DNA from: Pseudomonadota bacterium
GTDB taxonomy: Archaea; Thermoplasmatota; SW-10-69-26; JACQPN01; JAJPHT01
NCBI GenBank assembly: GCA_021325135.1
Contig: JAJPHT010000022.1
Location: forward strand, 1-64,000
Direction of reading: 5' to 3'
Length of the DNA: 64,000 nt
The stretch's first letter is position 1. Each line of letters opens with the position of its first letter. The notes below the pieces were generated by a model. That model saw nothing but the letters and a program-made list of their open reading frames with translations, did not search any database and had not been told where the DNA came from. Positions 28,918-38,420 of the stretch are shown piece by piece. The position numbers and the translations under genes were made by a program.

Positions 28918-29234
28918 AGCGGGGGCCCCACGAACCAGACGCAGTGGGCGACCTCGCCCTCGAACGTCCGGGCGTCGACGCAGACGTGGTTGATCGCGTA
29001 GTAGTCGACGCAGGCCGCCGCGACGGTCTGGACGCTCCCGGTGGGGGGCGTGCAGGCCTGGATCGGGGCCGAGTCCGCGGGCGCGGGCGGACAAGGCTTG
29101 TGCAGGCAGGCGGGCAGGCAGACCGGGCCCACTTGCAGCGTGCAGCACGGGAACGCGCACGCGGACGCGCTGGGGAGGGCGACGGCGGGGACGGCGACGA
29201 GGACGAGGGCAAGGAGCAGGAGCGCGCGGAGCAA
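28914..29234 (-). CDS. Small secreted Cys-rich protein (10 Cys)
   Basis: Hydrophobic signal peptide ending ASA; GC3-rich codons. Confidence 0.6.
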   Translation of the reverse strand: MLRALLLLALVLVAVPAVALPSASACAFPCCTLQVGPVCLPACLHKPCPPAPADSAPIQACTPPTGSVQTVAAACVDYYAINHVCVDARTFEGEVAHCVWFVGPPL

Positions 29235-29430
29235 GCTTGGGCCTCCACGCCGGGAGCCGCCGGCCCAGGCTTGAACCCCGGCGGCCTTGCAGGCTCCTGG
29301 GGCTCCGCGGGGACATGGCGGTCGTCTTGCCCGGAGGGGGGCCGCCCCTTCGTCCCGTGGCCGCCCGCGCCGCCCCGACGATTCCGCCCTCGCGCGGCCG
29401 CCACCGGGGATTCTCCCGCAAAACAGGCCT

Positions 29431-29470
29431 TGGCAAAGGTATATGCAGATACTAAACCTACAAGTTTAGT
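29431..29470 (+). promoter_or_regulatory. Promoter plus ArsR operator abutting a probably leaderless start
   Basis: TGGCAAAGGTATAT (compare TGGCAAAGGAATAT at 27670), then ACTAAAC-N6-GTTTAGT directly before GTG 29471. Confidence 0.7.
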
Positions 29471-29785
29471 GTGCAGCTGGACGATACGTTCGCCGCGTTG
29501 GCCGACCCCACGCGGAGGCGTCTCCTCGCCCAGCTGGAGAAGGGGGCGAAGACGCTCAGCGAGCTCGCCGCGCCCCTGCCCATGAGCCTGATGGCGGTGC
29601 AGAAGCACGTGCAGACGCTGGAGGCGGCCGGTCTCGTGGAGACCTGGAAGGAAGGCCGCAGCCGGCACGTGCGCCTGCGCCCCGCGGGGCTCGTTCCCGT
29701 GACCGAGTGGATCGCGGAGTCGCGCGCACGCTGGAACGCCGCGTTCGACAGGCTCGCCAAGGTCCTGGAGGAAGACGACACATGA
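29471..29785 (+). CDS. ArsR/SmtB family regulator
   Basis: DTFAALADPTRRRLL...AVQKHVQTLEAAGLV...WNAAFDRL. Confidence 0.9.
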   Translation: MQLDDTFAALADPTRRRLLAQLEKGAKTLSELAAPLPMSLMAVQKHVQTLEAAGLVETWKEGRSRHVRLRPAGLVPVTEWIAESRARWNAAFDRLAKVLEEDDT

Positions 29786-31140
29786 AGCAGACTCAGGAAT
29801 ACGAGATCGCCCTCACCCGCAGCTTCCGCGCGCCTCCCGAGCGCGTGTTCGACGCGTGGACCGACCCCGCGAAGCTCGCCAGGTGGTTCGGCCCGGACGG
29901 CTTCTCCACCACGACGCACGAGTTCGACCTGCGCCCCGGCGGCACCTGGCGCCACACCATGCGCGGCCCCGACGGGCGCGACTACCCCAACAAGATCGTC
30001 TTCGTGGAGCTGGCGCGCCCCGATCGCCTGGTGTACGACCACGTCTCGGGCCCGCCCTTCCGCACGACGGTCGTCTTCGAGAAGGAGGACGGGGGCGGCA
30101 CGCGCATGTCGTTCCGCATGGTCTTCCCCGACGCGGAGTCGTACCGCGTCGCCACGCAGCAGTACGGCGCGCAGGAGGGCGCGAAGCAGACGGTGGCGCG
30201 CCTCGCGAGCTTCGTGGAGGAGGCGCCCATCGAGGTGCGCCCCGCGCGCCGCACGTACTGGCCCGCCTTCACCGTGGAGCGCGTCTTCCGGGCCCCCGTG
30301 GAGAAGGTCTGGAGGATGTGGACCACCAAGGAGGGGCTGGAGGCGTGGTACTGGCCCGAGCCCCTGGTGGCCCACGTCAAGCGCCTCGACCTGCGCGTGG
30401 GCGGCGGCTGGGAGATCGCGGCCGAGGGGCTGCCCCACACGTCGCGCGCGACGTTCACGGAGATCGTCCCCCACGAGCGCCTGGGCATGATCGCGCCCAT
30501 CGACTTCATCCCGGACGTGGAGCCCTACGACCGGGGCGACACCATCGAGTTCCACCGCGTCGCCGAAGGCACGAAGATGACGTTCACCTCGACGCGCATG
30601 CACTCGGATACCTGGCAGAAGGCCTCCGGCAGCGGGTGGAGCAGCTCCATCGACCGCCTGACGCGCGCCCTCGAAGGGGGCCCCGAGCCGGCGCGCGGCT
30701 TCACCCTGGAGCGCGAGTTCAAGGCGCCCCCCGAGAAGGTCTGGGAGATGTGGACGACCCCCGAGGGGATCGCCAAGTGGTGGGCCCCCTCCGCGCGCGA
30801 GATGGGCTTCGACATGCGCGTGCGCCACATGGACGTGCGCGTGGGCGGCACGTTCGCCTTCGAGATGAAGAACGACAAGCACGCGCTCGTCAACCGCGGC
30901 ACGTACACCATGGTCGAGCCGCACTGGGAGCTGGCCTGGACGTGGCACTACGACATCTACCTCTCGCCCGACGAGAAGCCCTACGACGTGCCCATCCTGG
31001 TCACCTTCACGCGCACGCCCGCGGGCGGCACGAAGATGACCTTCATGCAGGGGCCCCTCGCGAAGCCCGGCTTCACCGAGGGCTCGCGCCAGGGCGTCAT
31101 GCAGAACCTCGGCTACCTGGCCAAGGCGCTGGGGGAGTGA
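29782..31140 (+). CDS. Triple-domain SRPBCC/AHSA1 protein
   Basis: Three R.F.AP.E.V(F/W)..WT repeats, each with D.R.GG. Confidence 0.88.
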   Translation: MKQTQEYEIALTRSFRAPPERVFDAWTDPAKLARWFGPDGFSTTTHEFDLRPGGTWRHTMRGPDGRDYPNKIVFVELARPDRLVYDHVSGPPFRTTVVFEKEDGGGTRMSFRMVFPDAESYRVATQQYGAQEGAKQTVARLASFVEEAPIEVRPARRTYWPAFTVERVFRAPVEKVWRMWTTKEGLEAWYWPEPLVAHVKRLDLRVGGGWEIAAEGLPHTSRATFTEIVPHERLGMIAPIDFIPDVEPYDRGDTIEFHRVAEGTKMTFTSTRMHSDTWQKASGSGWSSSIDRLTRALEGGPEPARGFTLEREFKAPPEKVWEMWTTPEGIAKWWAPSAREMGFDMRVRHMDVRVGGTFAFEMKNDKHALVNRGTYTMVEPHWELAWTWHYDIYLSPDEKPYDVPILVTFTRTPAGGTKMTFMQGPLAKPGFTEGSRQGVMQNLGYLAKALGE

Positions 31141-31144
31141 TAGC

Positions 31145-31936
31145 ATGGCCACGCAGTTCGTCACCTCCAAGGACGGCACGAGGATTGCGTATGAGACGGT
31201 GGGCAGCGGCGAGCCCCTGGTCATCGTCTGGGGCGCGCTGGGGGCCCGCGCGTCCCCGTTCGCGAAGGGGATGCGCGAGGAATTGGCCAAGAGCTTCACC
31301 GTGTACGACTACGACCGGCGCGGCCGCGGCGAGAGCGGCGACGCGAAGCCCTACGCCGTCGCGCGGGAGGTCGAGGACCTCCGCGCCGTGTGCGAGGCCG
31401 CGGGCGGCTCGCCCTTCGTGTGGGCCACCTCGTCGGGCGCCGCGCTCGCGCTGGAGGCCGCCGCGGCCGGCGTCCCCATGCGCGTGCTGGCCGCGCACGA
31501 GCCCCCCTACGCCGTGGGGCCGGAGGCCGGCTCGTTCGACCGCGACTACGAGGCGAACGTCACCGCGCTCATCCAGCAGGGCAAGCGCGCCGAGGCCGTG
31601 GGCTACTTCATGCGCGTCGTCGGCGTGCCCGGCCCCATGGTGTGGGTCATGCGGCTGATGCCCTTCTGGAAGCAGATGGTCCAGCTTGCGCACACGCTCC
31701 CCTACGACGCCGCGATCATGAACCGCTTCGAGATGCCCGAGGCGCGCCTGCGGGGGATCCGCACGCCCACGGTCGTCCTCGTGGGCGGCAGCACGCCCTC
31801 GCGCCTGCGCGCGGCGGCCGACGCGGTGGCGAAGGTCGTCCCCGGCGCCACCGAGCAGGTCGTCCCCAAGCAGAACCACGGCATCAAGCCCCAGGCGCTG
31901 CGCCCCGCGCTCGTCGAGGCGTTCGCGGGCAAGTGA
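31145..31936 (+). CDS. Alpha/beta hydrolase
   Basis: SKDGTRIAY, YDRRGRGES, TSSGA nucleophile elbow, C-terminal His. Confidence 0.88.
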   Translation: MATQFVTSKDGTRIAYETVGSGEPLVIVWGALGARASPFAKGMREELAKSFTVYDYDRRGRGESGDAKPYAVAREVEDLRAVCEAAGGSPFVWATSSGAALALEAAAAGVPMRVLAAHEPPYAVGPEAGSFDRDYEANVTALIQQGKRAEAVGYFMRVVGVPGPMVWVMRLMPFWKQMVQLAHTLPYDAAIMNRFEMPEARLRGIRTPTVVLVGGSTPSRLRAAADAVAKVVPGATEQVVPKQNHGIKPQALRPALVEAFAGK

Positions 31937-31940
31937 TATC

Positions 31941-33366
31941 ATGGCCTCCCGCTGGCTCGGCTTCGGCGTGCTCTCGCTGGGCACGCTCATGATCGTCCTG
32001 GACACGACCATCGTGAACGTCGCGCTCCCCTCGGTGAAGGCGGACCTGGGCTTCTCCGACACGGGCCTCGCCTGGGTCGTGAACGCCTACGTGCTCACCT
32101 TCGGCGGGCTTCTGCTCCTGGGCGGGAGGCTGGGCGACCTGTACGGGCCGCGCCGCCTCTTCCTGGGCGGCATCGCGCTCTTCACCCTCGCTTCCCTCGC
32201 GTGCGGCACCGCGACGACGCAGGCGTTCCTCGTCGCCGCGCGCGCCGTGCAGGGCGTGGGCGGCGCGGTGGTCTCCGCCGTCTCGCTCTCGCTGATCATG
32301 GGCCTCTTCCCCGAGCCGGAAGGGCGCGCGAAGGCCATGGGCTTCTACGGCTTCGTCGCCGCGGGGGGGCGGCAGCCTGGGCGTCCTCCTGGGCGGCCTC
32401 CTCACGCGCGCGCTGAGCTGGCACTGGGTCTTCCTCGTCAACCTGCCCATCGGGATCGCCGTCGCCATCTCCGCCCTCGCGGTCCTCCCCGACACGCGCG
32501 GCCAGACGGGCGCGAGGCGCCTCGACGTCGCGGGCGCCGCCACCGTCACGGCCGCCCTCGTGCTCGCCGTGTACGCGGTCGTCAACGGCGGCGCCTCCGG
32601 CTGGGCCTCGCCGCGCACGCTGGGCCTCCTCGCCGCCGCGGCCGCGCTGCTGGGGGCGTTCCTCCTCGTGGAGACGCGCGTGCGCGACCCGCTGGTGCCG
32701 CTGGGCCTCTTCCGCCTGCGCAACCTCGCGACGGCCAACGCCATCGGCGTCCTCTGGGCCGCCGCCATGTTCGCGTGGTTCTTCCTCGCCGCGCTCTACA
32801 TGCAGCTCGTCCTGGGGTACGATCCCCTCCAGGTGGGGCTGGGCTTCCTCGCGTCCAACGTCATCATGGCCGCCTTCTCCCTGGGCCTCTCCGCGAAGAT
32901 CGTGCTGCGCTTCGGCATCCGGCTGCCCCTCGCCGCGGGGCTCGCCCTCGCCGCCATGGGGCTCCTCCTCTTCGCGCGGGCGCCCGTGGGCGGGACGTTC
33001 CTCGCGGACGTGCTCCCCGGCATGCTCCTCCTGGGCTTCGGCGCCGGCATGGCGTTCAACCCCGTGCTGCTCGCGGCCATGGGCGACGTGTCCCCCGAGG
33101 ACTCGGGGCTCGCCTCGGGCGTCGTCAACACGTCGTTCATGATGGGCGGCGCGCTGGGCCTCGCCATCCTCGCGAGCCTCGCCGCGGCGCGCACGCAGGC
33201 GCTCGCCGCGTCGGGGGCCGCCCCCCTCGCCGCGCTCAACGGGGGCTATCACGCGGCGTTCCTCGCGGGTGCCCTCTGCGCGGGCGCCGCGGCCGCGCTG
33301 GGCGGCACCCTCTTGAGCCCCGCCGCGCCTCCCGCGCCGTCCCCCGCCGCGCCCGCGGAGGTGTGA
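31941..33366 (+). pseudogene. DHA2-family MFS efflux transporter with a +1 frameshift in a G7 run
   Basis: LDTTIVNVALP and GGRLGDLYG motifs; removing one G at 32363-32369 restores FVAAGGGSLGVLLGG...WHWVFLVNLPIG and joins the 32560-33366 ORF. Confidence 0.85.
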
Positions 33367-33369
33367 GCC

Positions 33370-33717
33370 GTGAGCCTCGCCAAGAAGCTGAACCTCAAGG
33401 ACGGCATGAAGGTCCGCGTCGTGGGCAAGCCCAAGGACGTGGACCTGGGCGACGTCGCCGCCACCACGTCCGCCAAGGCCGACGCGATCCTCGTCTTCGT
33501 GCGCATGCTCGACGAGGTCGACGCCCGGTGCGCCCCCATGGTGGAGGCCGCGAGGGAGGACCGCCTCGCATGGGCCGCGTACCCCAAGGCAGGCCAGCTG
33601 GGCACCGACCTCAACCGGGACGTCCTGTGGCGGCACCTCCTCCAGCAGGGCATCCAGGGCGTGCGCCAGGTGGCGCTGGACGACGTGTGGAGCGCGATGC
33701 GCTTCCGCCCGAAATGA
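33370..33717 (+). CDS. Conserved hypothetical protein (DUF3052-like)
   Basis: LAKKLNLK...WAAYPK...TDLNRD...WSAMRFR pattern. Confidence 0.7.
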   Translation: MSLAKKLNLKDGMKVRVVGKPKDVDLGDVAATTSAKADAILVFVRMLDEVDARCAPMVEAAREDRLAWAAYPKAGQLGTDLNRDVLWRHLLQQGIQGVRQVALDDVWSAMRFRPK

Positions 33718-34115
33718 AGAAGCGGCCCCCCATCGCTGCGCGCGCCGTGGCCGAGAAGCACCTGCGCCGCAACGGCACGCTGGAGAGCGTGGGACGCAAG
33801 GTCCGCGGCAAGCCCGTCGGCCCGTGGAGGTTCTACCACCACGACGGCAAGACGCTCAAGGCCGCCGGCCGGTTCGACGAGGACGGCCTCTTCACCGGCC
33901 CCTGGAAATGGTACGCCGCCAACGGCGCGGTGCGCCAGGCGGGCCGCTTCGAGAAGGGCCAGCAGGTCGGTCTCTGGAAGCGCTGGTACGGCGGCACCGA
34001 CCAGCTCTGCGACGTCGGGCGCTACGTCGAAGGGAAGCGCGTCGGGCCGTGGACGTTCTACGACCGGAAAGGGGGCGTCCGGCGCAAGCAGGCCTACGCG
34101 CCGAAGAAACGATAG
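33714..34115 (+). CDS. MORN-variant repeat (YwqK-like) protein
   Basis: Four G.W..(Y/W) repeats; ATGA overlap with the upstream gene. Confidence 0.75.
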   Translation: MKKRPPIAARAVAEKHLRRNGTLESVGRKVRGKPVGPWRFYHHDGKTLKAAGRFDEDGLFTGPWKWYAANGAVRQAGRFEKGQQVGLWKRWYGGTDQLCDVGRYVEGKRVGPWTFYDRKGGVRRKQAYAPKKR

Positions 34116-34138
34116 CACGAACGCGCTGGGGGTGGAAG

Positions 34139-34211
34139 CGCCGCCTCACGGATTTGAACCGAGGACCTTGGGATTAACAGTCCCACGCTCTACCGGCTAA
34201 GCTAAGGCGGC
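34139..34211 (-). tRNA. tRNA-Asn(GTT)
   Basis: GCCGCCT/AGGCGGC acceptor stem, CTGTTAA anticodon loop, GGTTCAAATCC T arm; no encoded CCA. Confidence 0.96.
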
Positions 34212-34331
34212 AAGTGGTGCGGCCCGCTCCCGGGAGCCCGGGGGAGAGTCGCGTCCGGTGGCCGGGCAGAGCGGAAGGCCCTCAAAAGGATTTCTACCCC
34301 CGGGACGCGCGGGTCCCGGGGGCGCGCAGGC

Positions 34332-34931
34332 TTACTTCTCCAGTTCCTCGTCGCTCTTGCCCAGGTCGGTCTTGCGCAGGTCGGGGACGACCGGCGCCGC
34401 CGCCTTGTCCTCGGGGATGGCGTCGCCGACCTGCTGCATGGCGTTCTCCTGGAGGGAGGAGCCGCGCACGTTGCTCATGCCGGAGCCGCCCTGCATGGAG
34501 GAGCCGCCCATGGCGCCCGCGCCGGAGGCGCTTCCGCCCGGCTGCGAGCCGCTGCGGACGGTCTCCTTGACGTGGTCCTTGGTGCGCTTGACCTCCTCGG
34601 CGGTGGTGCCCACGACCTGGCGCGTGGTCTCACCGGCCTTGCTGATGGCCTCCTTGGTGGAGCCGGCGAGGTCGTGCTTCTTGGCCTCCTCGCTGAAGCC
34701 CTTGAGGGCGCCCGCGACGGCGGCGACGCCCTTCTGGACGGTCTCCTTGACCTTGTGCTTGACCTCCTCGGGGCTGGACTCCTTGAAGCGCTTCTCGCTG
34801 GCGCCCATGGTGGAGCCGCCCTGCGAGCCCGTCTCGGCGAAGGTCTCGCCGTAGGGGGTCTCGCGCGTCGCGTTCTCCTGCTCGTTTCCCATCTCGTTGC
34901 CCATGTTGCTCGTGTTCTCGTTGTCTTCCAT
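34332..34931 (-). CDS. Hydrophilic LEA/CsbD-like low-complexity protein
   Basis: E/K/T/A-rich amphipathic repeats (VKHKVKETVQKG, TKDHVKETV). Confidence 0.6.
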   Translation of the reverse strand: MEDNENTSNMGNEMGNEQENATRETPYGETFAETGSQGGSTMGASEKRFKESSPEEVKHKVKETVQKGVAAVAGALKGFSEEAKKHDLAGSTKEAISKAGETTRQVVGTTAEEVKRTKDHVKETVRSGSQPGGSASGAGAMGGSSMQGGSGMSNVRGSSLQENAMQQVGDAIPEDKAAAPVVPDLRKTDLGKSDEELEK

Positions 34932-34943
34932 CGTCAGTTCACC

Positions 34944-35747
34944 TCAGAAGCCTGCCCGGCCGCGGCCCGCGAAGGCCTCGCGGGCGGGGCGGCCCACGTA
35001 GCGGATCTCCTCGCGCGAGCGCTGGAGCCTCCGGCGCGTCTCCGCCTTCGCGTGCGCGGCGCGGCTGCGCGCCACGCCCCACGCGACCAGCGCGATCACG
35101 ACGTCGATCCCGACGGTGATCCACGTGCCGGCGGGGTCGAAGAGGAGCTTGTTGAGCCCCGCGATGAGGGCGATGTGCAGGATGATCCACGCGGTCAGCG
35201 CGACGACGCCCAGGAGGACGCCCATGGAGATGGACGTCGTGAGGCCGCTCCACCAGGCGCCCGCGGCGGCCTTCAGCTCGCGGCCCACCTTGCGCGGCGC
35301 GGCGCGGGCCCGGCGGCCGGACTCGGCCACCGCGTCGGCGCGGACCCTCACCTCCTCCTTGAACGTCGAGGCCGCGTCCTTCGCGTCCTCGATCCTCTCG
35401 CTCACCGCGTAGGAGACGTCCTGCGCGGTGGCCTTCACGGCGTCGGTCGCGCGGCCGGCCGCTTCCGCGGTCGCCTCGCCCGCGCGCTTGACGCCGCGGC
35501 CCACCATGCGCATCTCGGGCGTCGCGGCCTGCGTGGCGCCCTCCTCGGCCGCGGCCCGGACGACCTTGCCGGCCTCCTGCACGCTCTCCTGGGCGTCGCG
35601 GCCCAGGTCGTTCTCCTCCAGCGCCTCGACGAAGCCCTCGATGGCCCCTGCGAGGGCGGCGGCGAAGCGACGCGCGCTCTCCTCGGCTTCGCGCCGCACC
35701 GATTCGTAGTCCGTGCTCTCGACGTCGTCGTCCGGAATGCGAGTCAC
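34944..35747 (-). CDS. LEA-like N-terminus + two-TM holin/YqjE-like C-terminus
   Basis: A/E/R-rich helices followed by two hydrophobic segments and a basic tail. Confidence 0.6.
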   Translation of the reverse strand: MTRIPDDDVESTDYESVRREAEESARRFAAALAGAIEGFVEALEENDLGRDAQESVQEAGKVVRAAAEEGATQAATPEMRMVGRGVKRAGEATAEAAGRATDAVKATAQDVSYAVSERIEDAKDAASTFKEEVRVRADAVAESGRRARAAPRKVGRELKAAAGAWWSGLTTSISMGVLLGVVALTAWIILHIALIAGLNKLLFDPAGTWITVGIDVVIALVAWGVARSRAAHAKAETRRRLQRSREEIRYVGRPAREAFAGRGRAGF

Positions 35748-35863
35748 CTCGTGATGCCGCTTGGTCGTCCGGAAGCGGGCTTAGCCGTTCTGGCCGCGTG
35801 GCCGGTGTGGTTTCGGCGCGCCGGCCGAGCGGACGTAGCGGGGGGCGCTCCCTCCACGCGCGC

Positions 35864-37543
35864 TTGACGCCCTCCTCGCCGCTCACTGCCGAGCAGTCCG
35901 CCGCCGTGCGCTGCGCGGCGCACGCGCTGGAGATCCGCGCGGGAGCGGGCACCGGCAAGACGCACACGCTCGCGCACCGCGTGGCGCACCTCGCGCCCGC
36001 GCCGGCGCAGCAGGCGCGCGTCCTCGTCGTCACCTTCACCCGGGAGGCGACCGCGGGCCTCCAGCGGCGCCTCTCTCTTCTCTTGGGCCGCGACCACCTG
36101 GTGCGCGTCGTCTCGTTCCACCAATGGGCCGCGCGGGAGCTTCCCCCCGAGGAGCGCCGCTTCCTCGGCGACGCGGAGGCGCGCAAGGCGATCCACGAGG
36201 GGATCGCGCGGGCGCGCCCCGGCCCCGGCCTGCGCCGCGCGCTGGGCGTCTCCGCCGCGGGCAACGACGACGTCGCGGGCCGCCTCCTGGGCGCGCTCTC
36301 CTTCGTGAAGAACGCGCAGACCACGCTGGGCTCCGCGCTGGAGGGCGCCCTCTCGGGCCTCGCCCCGTGGCGCGACGAGCTGGAGACGATATCAGAGACC
36401 TACGAGCGCCGCAAGGGCGATCGCCTGGACTACGACGACCTCCTCATCGCGTTCCGCGACCGGCTGCGCGGCAGCGCCGCGTTCCGCTCGGGCGTCGTCT
36501 CGCGCCTCGACCACGTCCTCGTCGACGAGTACCAGGACGTGAACGCCATCCAGGCGCAGGCGGTGCATCTTGTGACCGCGGGCCCCGGGGGCGCGCGCGC
36601 CACGGTGGTGGGCGACGCGCGGCAGAGCATCTACGGCTTCCGCGGCGGCGCGCCCCGGCACCTGGAGGACTTCCTGGCGCCCTACGGCAAGCGCGGCAAG
36701 CGGCTCGCCCTCACCGTGAGCTTCCGCAGCGACCGCGCGCTCGTGGAGGCCGGCAACCGCGCGCTGCCCACCGCGTTCCCGCTGCGCGCGCGGCGCGGGG
36801 CGGCGCGCGGCGAGGCGCCCGAGGTCCGCGCGTGCGAGGACCCGCGCGACGAGGCGCGCGTCCTGGCCGACCACGTGGAGGCGCTGCTGGCGGAAGGGGC
36901 GGACCCGCGCGAGATCGTCGTGCTATCACGCGCGCGGCACCTCGCCCTGCCCTACCAGGAGGAGGTGGTCGCGCGGCGCGCCGACGAGGCCTGGGCCGAG
37001 GACCACCCCGGCGCCATGGCGGACGCCATCGACGCCTTCCTCGTGGCCGCGCGCCGGCGCCGCGCCGCGCTGGACCCGTGGGCCGCCGCGCAGGAGGGCG
37101 AGCTGGGCCGCGCCGCGCGCATCCTCGCCCGCCGCGCCCGCAGCCAGGCGCTCCCCGCGCGCCCCACCGCCGCGCGCCTCCTCGCGCTCCCCCGCGGCGA
37201 GGACCTCTTCCACGTGAAGGCCATGACCATCCACGCCGCCAAGGGGCTGGAGTGGGACCACGTCCTCCTCGCGGGCGCGCGCGAGGGCGGCCTCCCCAGC
37301 GACCACGCGCTCCAGGCGCCCGAGGGCGTGCGCGACGCCCTCGTCGAGGAGGAGCGCCGCCTCCTCTACGTCGCCCTCACGCGGGCGCGCAGGAGCTTCC
37401 TCGCCACGTGGCCGCGCCTGGGCGAGCGCCGCGCGCACGCGCCGTGCCGCTGGCTGGAGACGCTGGAGAGAGGGCGCGCGCCGGAGCCGATGCCGGCCCG
37501 GTCGTCCCCGCCACGAGGGGCCATCCACCTGAAGGCTCTTTGA
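35864..37543 (+). CDS. UvrD/Rep/PcrA-family SF1 helicase (compact)
   Basis: AGAGTGKT, DEYQD, GDARQSIYGFRG, TIHAAKGLEW, EERRLLYVALTRAR; start uncertain. Confidence 0.9.
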   Translation: MTPSSPLTAEQSAAVRCAAHALEIRAGAGTGKTHTLAHRVAHLAPAPAQQARVLVVTFTREATAGLQRRLSLLLGRDHLVRVVSFHQWAARELPPEERRFLGDAEARKAIHEGIARARPGPGLRRALGVSAAGNDDVAGRLLGALSFVKNAQTTLGSALEGALSGLAPWRDELETISETYERRKGDRLDYDDLLIAFRDRLRGSAAFRSGVVSRLDHVLVDEYQDVNAIQAQAVHLVTAGPGGARATVVGDARQSIYGFRGGAPRHLEDFLAPYGKRGKRLALTVSFRSDRALVEAGNRALPTAFPLRARRGAARGEAPEVRACEDPRDEARVLADHVEALLAEGADPREIVVLSRARHLALPYQEEVVARRADEAWAEDHPGAMADAIDAFLVAARRRRAALDPWAAAQEGELGRAARILARRARSQALPARPTAARLLALPRGEDLFHVKAMTIHAAKGLEWDHVLLAGAREGGLPSDHALQAPEGVRDALVEEERRLLYVALTRARRSFLATWPRLGERRAHAPCRWLETLERGRAPEPMPARSSPPRGAIHLKAL

Positions 37544-37566
37544 GGGGCCGTTCTGTTACACGCCGC

Positions 37567-38184
37567 ATGCCGGAGACCGTGACACCCGCCCAAGCCATCC
37601 GCAACCTGCTCGAGATCCAGAAGAAGGAGTGGGCGGGACGCCTGGGCTCCGTGGAGGGGCGCTACTCGCACTACGTCGGGCTGGCCGCCGACCGCGCGCA
37701 GTGGTACGCCGAGAAGCGCGTGAAGCATCGGCGCGTGGGGCGCGGGCTGAGGTTCGCCGCCATCCTCCTGGGCATCCTCGCCGGGCTCGTCCCCCTCGTG
37801 GCGCCGCTCACGATCCCCCTGGGGAAGTCGACCACGCTCACCATCCTGGCGATCCACGCCACCATCCCGCTCGCGGTGGCCGCGGGGCTCGTGCTGCTGG
37901 ACAAGTTCTTCGGCTTCTCCACGACGTGGCTGCGCTTCGTCCAGACCGAGCAGGCCATCGTGAGCCTCGCCGACAAGTTCCAGGCCGACTGGCAGAAGCG
38001 CAGCGAAGGGTGGACCGCCCCCATGGACGCCGCCCAGCGCGCCGAGGCCGGCAAGCTCATCGAGGAGTTCGTCGGGCGCATCGACGCGCTCGTGCAGAAG
38101 GAGACGAACGTCTGGATCGCGGAGTTCACGGGCGCCATGGCGCACATGGACGAGAGCGCCTCGGGCGCGAAGACGCCTGCGTGA
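37567..38184 (+). CDS. SLATT-domain two-TM protein
   Basis: WY...R..AI...G..P TM1, then TM2 ending LDKFFGFSTTWLRF, and ET..W..EF. Confidence 0.75.
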   Translation: MPETVTPAQAIRNLLEIQKKEWAGRLGSVEGRYSHYVGLAADRAQWYAEKRVKHRRVGRGLRFAAILLGILAGLVPLVAPLTIPLGKSTTLTILAIHATIPLAVAAGLVLLDKFFGFSTTWLRFVQTEQAIVSLADKFQADWQKRSEGWTAPMDAAQRAEAGKLIEEFVGRIDALVQKETNVWIAEFTGAMAHMDESASGAKTPA

Positions 38185-38267
38185 GAACCGCGCAGAGACG
38201 AGTCCTGCCGGATTCGGCTGATCCGTGTCTGCGCCTGCGCTTCGCCATCTTCGATGGCCCGGTGTAG

Positions 38268-38352
38268 TGCGCAGATACGGATTTGAACCGTAGAATCCCT
38301 AAGGAACTAGCCCCTCAAGCTAGCACCGTTGGCCAGGCTTGGTTATCTGCGC
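38268..38352 (-). tRNA. tRNA-Leu(GAG)
   Basis: GCGCAGA acceptor stem, CTAGC-TTGAGGG-GCTAG anticodon arm, long variable arm, GGTTCAAATCC. Confidence 0.95.
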
Positions 38353-38420
38353 GGATGCGATCCCCTGAGGTTGGGGGGTATGCCTGGAAACCCGTTCCCC
38401 TATTTGAAAAATGGGGTCGC

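Noticed and set aside
31941-34115. 724-aa MFS-MORN fusion
   Set aside because: Artefact of the G7 frameshift running off-frame into the separate gene at 33714.
34139-38352. Intact integrative element between the two tRNAs
   Set aside because: No integrase, no full att duplication, and host-like codon usage.
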